Virus record (IMG/VR): IMGVR_UViG_3300039306_000022
Location: 1-44,883 of that record
Direction: 5' to 3' (one strand)
Origin: a virus
Taxonomy: Duplodnaviria > Caudoviricetes
DNA: 44,883 bases
Below, in pieces: positions 29,264 through 37,747 of the stretch. Positions within the stretch are counted from its first letter, which is position 1; every line of letters begins with the position of its first letter. A model generated the notes under the pieces. That model made no database searches. It was not told the origin of the DNA and saw only the letters and a program-made list of their open reading frames with translations. Made by a program: the position numbers and the translations under genes.

Positions 29264-29305
29264 TGCCCTTGAGAAAGCCGGCTACGGTCAAGCTTTGCAA
29301 GGTTT
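29264..29305 (+). repeat. 42-bp direct repeat, copy 2 (relic 3' end of the tail gene)
   Basis: Encodes LPLRKPATVKLCKV* versus LPLRKPATVTLCKI* in copy 1. Confidence 0.9.
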
Positions 29306-29342
29306 GATAGACTCCCCCGCCCAGCACTGAAGGTAAGAGAAA

Positions 29343-29432
29343 CTAAACGAGCTTGTAAAGGGCTAGGTAGATCAGGGCTGCTCCTACCAGGTAGAAGATC
29401 ACCATTTTGAGGTATATAGCTGAATTTTTCAT
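29343..29432 (-). CDS. 29-aa single-TM peptide (not in the ORF track)
   Basis: MKNSAIYLKMVIFYLVGAALIYLALYKLV; starts 15 bp after the upstream stop. Confidence 0.5.
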   Translation of the reverse strand: MKNSAIYLKMVIFYLVGAALIYLALYKLV

Positions 29433-29447
29433 GGCTATTTGAAAAAT

Positions 29448-29693
29448 TTAATTGAAAATGGCCAGGGTGCGTTCGTATAGCTGAGTGCAGATGGCTAGCT
29501 CCTGCTTAGCACCCTCCACTGATTGCTGGTCCTGAACAATGGCTTCTTTAAGGTGAAACTGGAGCCTACGCTGGCAGCCCAGCGCCTCGTGCATCCTGGC
29601 AAGGCGGGCAATCATTTGGTGCTCGGAGAGGCGGACTTGAGGATCCAGGATGCTGGAAAAGGAAATCATCGGAGGAGTTTGGATCGTTTTCAT
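29448..29693 (-). CDS. Hypothetical protein (81 aa)
   Basis: ATG at 29693. Confidence 0.65.
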   Translation of the reverse strand: MKTIQTPPMISFSSILDPQVRLSEHQMIARLARMHEALGCQRRLQFHLKEAIVQDQQSVEGAKQELAICTQLYERTLAIFN

Positions 29694-29712
29694 AGTTGTG
29701 TAGCGGTTGTTG

Positions 29713-29787
29713 TTATTGTTGTAACTATATACATTTACAACAATAATAGTAAACACTTGTAGTAGAAATATATTCCTACTACATTTG
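29713..29787. promoter_or_regulatory. Divergent promoter region with two inverted repeats
   Basis: TTATTGTTGTAA-N10-TTACAACAATAA (29713-29746); TGTAGTAG-N10-CTACTACA (29758-29783) overlapping a TACATTTG -7 element. Confidence 0.65.
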
Positions 29788-29815
29788 TTGTTGTTACAAC
29801 TTAACCATTGATCCT

Positions 29816-29977
29816 ATGGCCCAGATCACATTAGACGTACCACCAGCCCTACATCTACAGGTAAAGCAAATTCAATTAAAGAGAGAAACGCAGGGCGTAA
29901 AAGCCAATTTGAAGGAGATCTATTATGAGATCATTGAGAAAGGACTAAAGCAGGAAGCAAAAGAAAATCCCAGCTGA
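29816..29977 (+). CDS. Ribbon-helix-helix-like small regulator (53 aa, not in the ORF track)
   Basis: MAQITLDVPPALHLQVKQIQLKRETQGVKANLKEIYYEIIEKGL. Confidence 0.65.
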   Translation: MAQITLDVPPALHLQVKQIQLKRETQGVKANLKEIYYEIIEKGLKQEAKENPS

Positions 29978-30403
29978 TTACTCCTGCAGCAGGTTCAGTT
30001 TTCCAGATTCGATGGCCTGGTATAGTGTCTGACCACCTTTTGTGACAGCTTAGGGAAGAAATATCTCCGGAAGACTGGCCATCTGGGCATCAACGATTGC
30101 CATCTGAGCTTCAATCCAGTCCTTTAAAATGCGCCAACTTACCCGCCGGGCTTGATCCTCGGTCCGGCACCGGCTCTCGGCGCCTTGTTTCCGGAGTGCC
30201 AACTGTACGCCTTCCCAGTTGCAGGGCAGAGCATAAAACACCGGCGTTTCCCGAAGCATCATTGAGAAGGTAAGCATCACCGGGTTGCCCTTCTCATCGT
30301 AATCGGCCACAATTTTTCTTACGCCCCGCTTGGCAAGCAATGCAGTAATTTCTCCAATCGACTTCGTGGGGTCGATCTTGGTGCTATAGTTGAGAATGGG
30401 CAT
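29978..30403 (-). pseudogene. Conserved phage protein with an apparent premature TAA
   Basis: Frame continues …EIFLP*AVTKGGQTLYQAIESGKLNLLQE* past the stop at 30050-30052. Confidence 0.55.
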
Positions 30404-30448
30404 TGATTAGATCTTTGAAAGTTTAACGCCTTTTCTTTACTTTCAAAA

Positions 30449-30760
30449 TTAATCTAGAGCATCAGATCCTTGGCCTTCAGCCTGTATTTGCTTCATGCCG
30501 GAAAGAAACTCCCGCATTCTACTTTGGTTGATACTGAGGTATACTTCCCTTCCTATTTTATTGTTGTCTACCAATTTACAATCAATTAATTGTTTAATGT
30601 GAAACCTTGTTGCTGGTTGTGAAAGGTTGATGAGATCTTGAGCCTGAATACAATTGATACTACCTTTCTTAGCAATTTCTTTCAAGATCATCAGGCGGTA
30701 CTTATCACCTAATGCTTTGCCTGCACTGGCAATGAATTGTATGTCTATCTGTAGACTCAT
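30449..30760 (-). CDS. ArsR/SmtB family HTH regulator
   Basis: KALGD.YRL.IL, LSQPAT.FH.K.L and K.GR motifs. Confidence 0.85.
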   Translation of the reverse strand: MSLQIDIQFIASAGKALGDKYRLMILKEIAKKGSINCIQAQDLINLSQPATRFHIKQLIDCKLVDNNKIGREVYLSINQSRMREFLSGMKQIQAEGQGSDALD

Positions 30761-30860
30761 AGTTAGTTTGTTTAGTGTGCGCTAACACAAAACTAATACA
30801 ATTCAAAAATATATCGATATGTGTTTGTACGTCCCTGCATTTATCACAGGCCTGGGGAAG

Positions 30861-31322
30861 TCATCCCGGCGAATGTTGGGCTTTTTCATATATAGGAAAA
30901 ACCCTCTGCCTTCTTATTACACGTTTTTTGTTGGCATACATTGATCGATTATCTCGCAAATACTTTTGCAAGTGTTCTCTTGAAATGCCTATCTGATCGG
31001 CGATGTATTTGTTAGGGCAGTGCTTGATGTGGTCAAAAATGAACTTTTCAGCCAAGGGCGTGATCCTGTACCGCTTCATTCTCCTAGGCTCTTTTACCAC
31101 CTTAGCCCCATACTCAGACACAACAATCTTTCTCATCCACTGATTTTCAAATACGACTTTGAGCATTTTCATCTCTAGCAAAATGCTAACTAGCTTTCTA
31201 CTTATACGCTTTCTACCTGAATCCTCAGAATCGTATTCCCACATTTTCAAATCCGAGTCTTTCATCTCTACGATGATGCTGGAGCCGATTGATGCGAGTC
31301 TCTTTTTATAAAGCCAAATCAT
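30861..31322 (-). CDS. Hypothetical protein with C-terminal HTH
   Basis: NKYIADQIGISREHL. Confidence 0.6.
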   Translation of the reverse strand: MIWLYKKRLASIGSSIIVEMKDSDLKMWEYDSEDSGRKRISRKLVSILLEMKMLKVVFENQWMRKIVVSEYGAKVVKEPRRMKRYRITPLAEKFIFDHIKHCPNKYIADQIGISREHLQKYLRDNRSMYANKKRVIRRQRVFPIYEKAQHSPG

Positions 31323-31821
31323 TTTTTAATCGATAATAGTCTGCCTTCAGGCTGTTATACTTTTCTTCTAACCAACGAAGCTGCTGGCTCAAATGAAGGT
31401 GCTCCCTCTCCTGGTAGCGGGAAAACAGTAAGTCATCATGTCGCTTCTCTAAACTTTCGTAGTTCAGGTACATTTGCCGAACGCGAAAATCAGCATCGGT
31501 CAATTTCAGCTTGAGCGTTTTATTTTGGATAACGAGCTGTTTTGTACTCAGCGGGTTGGGCGTTAGCGTACACAGCCCTTTTACAATGCCAAGCAACCGG
31601 TCCTGCTCCTTGCCGGCCTTGGTTGCTGCCTGGTTTGCTGCTTTTGTTTCTGCCTGGGCCTGAGCCTTCTCAATTGTTAATTTCTCATTGGCCAGCTTCA
31701 GCTTATAGCATTCGAAACGAACTTGCTTTAGCTCTTCGGCTAACTTTTCTTTCTCGGCCAACCAGGCAGCTAGATCGGCTTTGTATTTCTTTAACTCTTC
31801 TTCCATCCTAATTTTTTTCAT
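31306..31821 (-). CDS. Coiled-coil hypothetical protein
   Basis: Operonic overlaps with both neighbours. Confidence 0.65.
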   Translation of the reverse strand: MKKIRMEEELKKYKADLAAWLAEKEKLAEELKQVRFECYKLKLANEKLTIEKAQAQAETKAANQAATKAGKEQDRLLGIVKGLCTLTPNPLSTKQLVIQNKTLKLKLTDADFRVRQMYLNYESLEKRHDDLLFSRYQEREHLHLSQQLRWLEEKYNSLKADYYRLKNDLAL

Positions 31822-32221
31822 AATCCTGTATATAGAGGGTAATCATTTTCGTCAGCAGTTTTTGATCGGCCTGCTGAAAAATATCATCTAATTGCAGGTG
31901 AAACACAAGAAAGCGTATGTCTTCCAGCAGTTCGGGGTTCGTTTTTTTGCCGGCTTCTTCGTTTCCCTTATGCTGTTCAATATTTTTCAGCTGAGAATAG
32001 GCTTTGTTCTGATCTATAAGTTTTTGGCATTCTTCAGCCAGCTCTTTATACTTTTCAATCCAGCGCGTTCTAGCCTGTATAGCATCCATTTCCTGCTGAG
32101 CGATCTGATTCATGATGCCTTTAGTATTGTCCAGGTGATCAACAACTGCTTTGTACAGTTCCGGGTCGGCCTTTTGAAAGCGTTTGATCAACTTTTTTCT
32201 GAGTTCTTCATCCATAATCAT
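31808..32221 (-). CDS. Hypothetical protein
   Basis: Operonic ORF. Confidence 0.65.
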   Translation of the reverse strand: MIMDEELRKKLIKRFQKADPELYKAVVDHLDNTKGIMNQIAQQEMDAIQARTRWIEKYKELAEECQKLIDQNKAYSQLKNIEQHKGNEEAGKKTNPELLEDIRFLVFHLQLDDIFQQADQKLLTKMITLYIQDYEKN

Positions 32222-32409
32222 CTAAAAAGATTGGTTTGTCGTTGCCCCTTCCAGGGTAATTCGTACTGATCGACTTCTTTTTCCAGCTGTTTGCTCCGCT
32301 TGAGAGCATCCGCCTTTTCTTTACTGCCAAAAACAGCATTGAAATACGATTTCTGTGCCAGGCACATGTCTTCTATAAGTTCAACGTAGGCTCTGAATTC
32401 CTTTTCCAT
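32218..32409 (-). CDS. Hypothetical protein
   Basis: ATGA overlap; SKQLEKEVD motif. Confidence 0.6.
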   Translation of the reverse strand: MEKEFRAYVELIEDMCLAQKSYFNAVFGSKEKADALKRSKQLEKEVDQYELPWKGQRQTNLFR

Positions 32410-32741
32410 TCTACTAGATCTATTTTGAATTGTCCCTTCTTATAGTTTCTCCCATAGCGCTTCGACTCACTGATCCGCGCTGCCCTCAGGGCCATGCACA
32501 CGGGCGTATCCTCATTGAAATGACAGCGCGGACAAAGGCACGCTAATCGATCATCGCTCACTTCCCAATTCTGAGGATCGTGGTCCAGGTGAGCTACCTG
32601 TAGATACACTGTTGAGCCGGTGATAGGATGGGGTTGGTAGTTGGCTGCATTGCATTTTTCGCACCGGTGCCCGGCTCTGGCCAGGATGCGCGGCCGGATC
32701 TCACTTTCCCAGTTGGGCGGATATCGCTCGCGGTTTCGCAT
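32373..32741 (-). CDS. HNH endonuclease-like protein
   Basis: YPPNW, CEKC, VAHLDHDP.N and LCPRCH motifs. Confidence 0.85.
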   Translation of the reverse strand: MRNRERYPPNWESEIRPRILARAGHRCEKCNAANYQPHPITGSTVYLQVAHLDHDPQNWEVSDDRLACLCPRCHFNEDTPVCMALRAARISESKRYGRNYKKGQFKIDLVEWKRNSEPTLNL

Positions 32742-32987
32742 TTATTCCTCGCATTCAAGTTCGAGACCCGAAAGATTCTTCCCGCATTTAGGGCACCACT
32801 TTTCAATGCCGGTGCCATTACACTCCTGGCACATTGCCATTACGGTACCAGGCAGGCAGTACTCCTCTTCACTTTCATCAAACCACCCCTCTTCACATCC
32901 TAGCTCTTGACAAGTGCGGAAGTGGATGGGAGAATGCCCACAGTTAGAGCATCGGCAGTCATCGTCGATTTCGTATTCCAGGCTCAT
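32742..32987 (-). CDS. Cys-rich zinc-finger protein
   Basis: Multiple CxxC motifs including CQECNGTG. Confidence 0.7.
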   Translation of the reverse strand: MSLEYEIDDDCRCSNCGHSPIHFRTCQELGCEEGWFDESEEEYCLPGTVMAMCQECNGTGIEKWCPKCGKNLSGLELECEE

Positions 32988-32993
32988 CAGGCA

Positions 32994-33263
32994 TTATTTG
33001 TTTTTCTTCACTTGTTTGATTGTCATAATAACCTGACTAATGGAGTTCCACTGATTAGGGTTGCTCATCAATTCCATCAGCTTTTCGGCTGGCAAGGCTA
33101 CGATCTTAAGGTTCTGATCGAAATGATTGATGCGCTGGCAATTCATACAAATCGAAATGTCACCAGGCGAGGGGGACGCATTTGAAAATACAGCAGTAGC
33201 CAGATCATTGGGATGCAGACAATGCGGGCAAAGAGTGTCGGAATTCAACTGGCTCTCTTTCAT
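32994..33263 (-). CDS. Zinc-ribbon hypothetical protein
   Basis: CPHC…PGDISICMNC. Confidence 0.7.
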   Translation of the reverse strand: MKESQLNSDTLCPHCLHPNDLATAVFSNASPSPGDISICMNCQRINHFDQNLKIVALPAEKLMELMSNPNQWNSISQVIMTIKQVKKNK

Positions 33264-33340
33264 AAGTAAAAGTTATATTATTGAAATTTTATTCGGCGCA
33301 GCGGCCTCATTTGTGCCAAGGAAACAGAAGATTATTCTTT

Positions 33341-33559
33341 TTAATCAGGCTCAAAAGGCGCTTCATACATCTGCATTTGAACGAATTCATTTGTTATGTG
33401 CATCGCCTTTTTAAGCTCTTGGAGATTGCCCCGGTAAATGATATAGGCAACACCTAAATCTGAATTCAAACCAATCGATACTTGTAGCCCCAAAGGGTGA
33501 TCAGGCTTTTTGATATACTTTACCCTGAGTTTGGTAGATCCTAAATCTTGTTTTCCCAT
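33341..33559 (-). CDS. Hypothetical protein
   Basis: Operonic ORF. Confidence 0.55.
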   Translation of the reverse strand: MGKQDLGSTKLRVKYIKKPDHPLGLQVSIGLNSDLGVAYIIYRGNLQELKKAMHITNEFVQMQMYEAPFEPD

Positions 33560-33564
33560 TTTAT

Positions 33565-33906
33565 TTAATTGTTTGCCTGCTGATCAGTTTCTTCCTTTGG
33601 CTTTAACACCTGGTAGATTCTGCCAATAATCACTCTACTCATATCATCCGGATGCGTCAAATGATGGTTTGCCCGAAACCATTGGTGCAGGGGCGAGCTG
33701 AGCACCCACAGCTGTAATTCATTTCGAATTTGCATACCAATGCCTCCGTTCAAATGGCTTTCGCAGTAACAGACAAATCCATCCTGGTCGTATTTCTTCA
33801 CGATGGCTTCCATCTCGGAGAAGCGGGGCAATAAGTAGGCTACGGCTTCCTCCAGGTTTGTTGGAAGCGCTGGCTTACCAGCGTCAAAAAGGTTTACTTG
33901 TTCCAT
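33565..33906 (-). CDS. DUF6794-like protein
   Basis: GMQIRN.LQLW…HPDDMS..I pattern. Confidence 0.7.
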   Translation of the reverse strand: MEQVNLFDAGKPALPTNLEEAVAYLLPRFSEMEAIVKKYDQDGFVCYCESHLNGGIGMQIRNELQLWVLSSPLHQWFRANHHLTHPDDMSRVIIGRIYQVLKPKEETDQQANN

Positions 33907-33967
33907 ATATTAAGATATTTCTATGATTATAGATTATCCTTGTCGTAAATAGATATGGTTGGGAATT

Positions 33968-34588
33968 TTAGCGGCTACGTCTCTTAAAAACCCAGAAATA
34001 AGAATGAAACTTCCGAGCGTGGTTCTGCTTACTAACAAAACCGATAAACCGATTGCGAGCAATCAGAATAAATAGATCTACCGCTTTGAATCCAGCTTCC
34101 TTGGCCAGCTGGAGCACTTCATCGTGAATGAAATAATTTACCCTTCCATGTACCTGGTCCTGACATTTGAAGATTAAAATCCCGTGCGGCCGGAGGACCC
34201 GATCAAATTCCTTTATGCTGCCGGCATAATGTTCCCTTAGTTCAGTTAAGGTTCGATAGCCTCCGTACTTGGCATCCATCAGGTAAGTTTCACTTTCAAC
34301 GTGGTGAGAAATTACAAAAGGAGGATCAAACATCAATGATTTGATAGAAGCTGCCGGCAATGGCAAAGCCCTGGAATCAGCTACTCTAGCCTCGGGTTTC
34401 TTTGGAGCAATATCAAAGCAGTGCAGCGGCCGCGGGAGTGATTTATAGAAACCGCCATATCCGTAACTGGCATCGCATTCGATACCGGATGGACAATGCA
34501 GAGTGACTATGTTTTGAAGAATTTCATCCTGATCGAATGAAACTGACATAATAGTCTTATCAATACAAGTGAGTTGATTCCCTTTCAT
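33968..34588 (-). CDS. Orphan DNA amino-methyltransferase (m6A/m4C)
   Basis: D.SYG.GGF SAM motif, FDPPF catalytic motif and RVLRP.G..IFK. Confidence 0.8.
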   Translation of the reverse strand: MKGNQLTCIDKTIMSVSFDQDEILQNIVTLHCPSGIECDASYGYGGFYKSLPRPLHCFDIAPKKPEARVADSRALPLPAASIKSLMFDPPFVISHHVESETYLMDAKYGGYRTLTELREHYAGSIKEFDRVLRPHGILIFKCQDQVHGRVNYFIHDEVLQLAKEAGFKAVDLFILIARNRFIGFVSKQNHARKFHSYFWVFKRRSR

Positions 34589-34593
34589 AATGA

Positions 34594-35034
34594 TTACTGA
34601 AGCTGTTTAATCTTTTTAAGCGCTTCGATCCTTTCCTTTCTCTCCAGCTTCACCAGTTTAGAGTATCGCTGCAGCTCCTGGTCAATCTCAAACATGACTT
34701 CATCAAAATGATGATCCTTTTCATCGAAGATTAGGCTTTGGTGCAAAAGCATCCATCTGGGTAAGGTGAGCGAAAGCGTGCTTTTTTTGCTGGCAGAATC
34801 TACCGGCTTTCTTGAGAACGCCCAGGCTTTATACATTGTCCGAAAACGCCGGTCGGTGTAGGCGTATAGCTGCCGGAACGTTTCCAGCTCCTGCATACCG
34901 AGGGCATCCAGGGGTGTGCCGGCTTTGACTATGTAGTCAATGTGTGAAGCGATGGCGCTGGCCAGGGACTGAACCTGGTAAATGTTGCATCGGATCGAAA
35001 TCCGGTGTTCCAATAGTGCTATAAAATTGATCAT
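34594..35034 (-). CDS. Hypothetical protein
   Basis: Operonic ORF. Confidence 0.65.
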   Translation of the reverse strand: MINFIALLEHRISIRCNIYQVQSLASAIASHIDYIVKAGTPLDALGMQELETFRQLYAYTDRRFRTMYKAWAFSRKPVDSASKKSTLSLTLPRWMLLHQSLIFDEKDHHFDEVMFEIDQELQRYSKLVKLERKERIEALKKIKQLQ

Positions 35035-35366
35035 TGCTGCAGGGGAATGAATATGCCGGATTTCAATACTGGGTACTTTTCCGTCAGTGGCTTAAACCAC
35101 TCGCATTCCTTGCCTTTCTGCTTCAGTTCCTCCGATAATTGATAGATTTTCTGAAAGTCCTGATGGATAAAAGCGCTTCCGGGAAACAGTCCCATCCTAT
35201 GCTGAGCCAGGCGTATGGCCTGGTAGAAAACCGGATCCAGGGACAACTCCAGCCTGCCGGCACTGAAATGCACGATGGCTAAAATCTCACAGGCTTTGCG
35301 CGTTTCAATCAGGCTCCACTCAATTGAATTGAAGGCCTTTACGAGCTGAATAATGGGATCGTTCAT
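35031..35366 (-). CDS. Hypothetical protein
   Basis: ATGA overlap. Confidence 0.65.
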   Translation of the reverse strand: MNDPIIQLVKAFNSIEWSLIETRKACEILAIVHFSAGRLELSLDPVFYQAIRLAQHRMGLFPGSAFIHQDFQKIYQLSEELKQKGKECEWFKPLTEKYPVLKSGIFIPLQQ

Positions 35367-35385
35367 TGTTGGTTGGCTTAACTCC

Positions 35386-35658
35386 TTATTTTGCTACCTT
35401 TTTTCCCCTGATGTAAACCGCCTCTTCACGGCCAGTCCGGTTATCAAAAACACAGATTCGCTGATCCTTAATTTTATTTCCCCAGGTATTGATACAGTAA
35501 GCAATAGTCCTTCTGACTGCGTAATCAAAGCCTCTTTTATCGTATTCAGGCCTGGAGTAAAAGGTATATGGCTTATCAGAATCAGCCCAGGTAAACCAGA
35601 ATTTCACGAGTGCAGAATCTTTGTTTTCGTCTTTTTCGAATCGTTTCTTTAAGCTCAT
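35386..35658 (-). CDS. Hypothetical protein
   Basis: ATGA overlap with the replication gene. Confidence 0.65.
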   Translation of the reverse strand: MSLKKRFEKDENKDSALVKFWFTWADSDKPYTFYSRPEYDKRGFDYAVRRTIAYCINTWGNKIKDQRICVFDNRTGREEAVYIRGKKVAK

Positions 35659-36878
35659 GGGTGGCTTGCTTGAAAATGTTGGGTAGAAGAAAGAAACGCC
35701 TTGAGCAAATCCTGATCTCCGAGTTTGGCTACCCGGTTTTTTTCAATCAGCCAGATTTCGTAACTGCTTCGGGGCTTTCTGGTACTGGGCGCGCCCTCAA
35801 AAACGGTCCGGAGGGATTTTTCATAAATCAGCTGCTTACGTACCTGATTTCGAACCGTTTGCTCTTTTAAATACCACTCCTTAGTGCCTGCAAATCCACA
35901 AGAATTATTCGAATCGAAGTACACGTGCGGCATAGGCACAAACCGCTCTTTACCTCCGGGGTCGGGACGGGATAAATACCGGTTCACCAGCTGGAGACGG
36001 GCCAGGTTGTACTGATGCTGCGCCTGCCACATCTTATCATCCCAAGGTTTATTGCCTTGATAGTAAACGTGTTTGCGAATCATCGACAGGGCCAGGCTGT
36101 GCTGGCCGGCGCTAAAAGTAACTTTGGGGTACAACAGCCTTTGGGCTACCCACCAGAAATTTTCAATGTAGGCCTTCAGCTTCTCTTCAGGCAACGAACT
36201 GCGCGCGCCCGCCCCCCCCTGGTGTGCGGAGCCGTTTCCGGCTGAAGGAGTCGTAGGGGAGGGGGTCTGTTCGAATTTTTTTTCGAGAATCCCCTCTTCT
36301 CCGTTTCCTGCCAACTCGTTTCCTGCAATCAACCCCGTGGAAAGTGGGGTTTTCACACTTTCCACACCGCTATTAATATTTACATTATCTTTCTTTGCAT
36401 GGAACGGGGCTAAATTTTGGACATCATAGGCCAAAAACAGCGATTTATAAGGTTTTCCGGAAATTTTCTCCCACTGCCTTTTTTGCGCTTCCACCGGGTT
36501 TTCCACCAGCAATTGCGGATGAATATAGAGCTGCACTTTCTCCCCCTTTGCCTGGGTTTCGTGGGTCAATCCGGCAGCCATAAGAAACTTTCGGTGATTA
36601 ATGATGCTTTGGCGCTGGAGCTTAACGGTACACTTGATCTGCCCATTGGTGGGATCTGAAGGAGGCAGCCACCCGTGCGCCTGCATATAGCGCTCACCGA
36701 ACCTTAGCCTGGTGTAATAGGCTCCATAGTATATCCGGATGATGCTCTCCAGGACGCGCTGGCATTTGCCTAGTCGATCCTTGACTGGCCTGCCGATGTC
36801 GTGGGCACCTATGTAGCGGAATGCGACTCTACTCGTATACTCTTCAGTGGGTCTGGGAATTTGAATGGATACCTCCAT
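35655..36878 (-). CDS. Putative replication initiator protein
   Basis: Largest early gene; wHTH-like N-terminal half, low-complexity linker with internal DNA repeats, helical C-terminal domain. Confidence 0.55.
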   Translation of the reverse strand: MEVSIQIPRPTEEYTSRVAFRYIGAHDIGRPVKDRLGKCQRVLESIIRIYYGAYYTRLRFGERYMQAHGWLPPSDPTNGQIKCTVKLQRQSIINHRKFLMAAGLTHETQAKGEKVQLYIHPQLLVENPVEAQKRQWEKISGKPYKSLFLAYDVQNLAPFHAKKDNVNINSGVESVKTPLSTGLIAGNELAGNGEEGILEKKFEQTPSPTTPSAGNGSAHQGGAGARSSLPEEKLKAYIENFWWVAQRLLYPKVTFSAGQHSLALSMIRKHVYYQGNKPWDDKMWQAQHQYNLARLQLVNRYLSRPDPGGKERFVPMPHVYFDSNNSCGFAGTKEWYLKEQTVRNQVRKQLIYEKSLRTVFEGAPSTRKPRSSYEIWLIEKNRVAKLGDQDLLKAFLSSTQHFQASHP

Positions 36879-36993
36879 TGATGTTAGTCAGTTAATGATT
36901 GCTGGTAAAAGGCAGTACAGCCGGCTGAAATAGACGATCTCACTGGCTATTGTAGCCGGCTGTACTCCTGCTCTTAAATCCCCCCTTCTCCGC

Positions 36994-37034
36994 TGCCTGT
37001 CCGGGAATCGAACCCGGTCAAACCTTTCAGGCCA
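36994..37034 (-). ncRNA. Miniature tRNA-like element (acceptor-like stem plus T-arm only)
   Basis: GCCTG-AAAGGTTTGA-CCGGG-TTCGATT-CCCGG-A-CAGGC on the minus strand. Confidence 0.4.
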
Positions 37035-37082
37035 TTTTGAAAAATAAAGGCCGCTCTCCGGTAAAGGAAAGCGGCCATTGGT

Positions 37083-37340
37083 TTATGCTGCATACATTTC
37101 TTCTTTCTTGCAAAGCACTGAAAGCGTACGCTCGGCAAGAAGGATATTGATCGCCTTACGCATGGTAGTAAGCCGACAGATCTGAAAGTTGAATTCCTGA
37201 ATTGCCTCAGGGTCCTCACTCGGGTAACGAGTTAAGTGTACCCTAAGGGATAGAATCGCATGGCTTAGGTGATTAACCGCATTTTGCAGTTCCGGCACGC
37301 TGGCCGTTTGGATTTGGTCGAGTGTTAACTTAAATTGCAT
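37083..37340 (-). CDS. Hypothetical protein
   Basis: 85-aa ORF with ATG start and AT-rich leader. Confidence 0.65.
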   Translation of the reverse strand: MQFKLTLDQIQTASVPELQNAVNHLSHAILSLRVHLTRYPSEDPEAIQEFNFQICRLTTMRKAINILLAERTLSVLCKKEEMYAA

Positions 37341-37575
37341 ATGCTATTAGTATTATAATGTTAGAGTTCATTGAAAGTGGGCTTTTAACTGATCGAGAAA
37401 CGGGCCTGGGAACCCAATTTTCAAAGCATTCCATTCAGGGCACTGTGTAGGTGCCCTGAATGTTTTTATGGCCCTCTGGGTGGCCGCGTAGGCAATGGCT
37501 GATTCATAAATAGCTCTTGTTTAGGCAATATTTTTCCGCCTCCAAAAAATGGAGTGTTTTTTACCAGTAAAATAG

Positions 37576-37648
37576 TAGCGGGGGCAGGATTCGAACCTGC
37601 GAATCTCTAGGTTATGAGCCTAGCGAGATACCTCTTCTCCACCCCGCG
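37576..37648 (-). tRNA. tRNA-Met(CAT), initiator type
   Basis: CGCGGGGTGGAG…CTAGG-CTCATAA-CCTAG…GCAGG-TTCGAAT-CCTGC-CCCCGCT-A; unpaired C1; no encoded CCA. Confidence 0.93.
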
Positions 37649-37747
37649 ATAAAAAACAGGAGTTTATGGGTACCTGTCACACCCGCCTGGGCCCAAATGC
37701 TATCCCCGCTTTCTGACGGTCGATCACTCCGTTTGGTAATGCCATAA

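Noticed and set aside
28740-29305. DGR template/variable repeat pair at the tail gene C-terminus
   Set aside because: Only 42 bp, mismatches are not consistently at adenines of one copy, and there is no reverse transcriptase in the window
36974-37219. 81-aa minus-strand ORF
   Set aside because: Overlaps the better ORF 37083-37340 and runs through structured RNA-like elements
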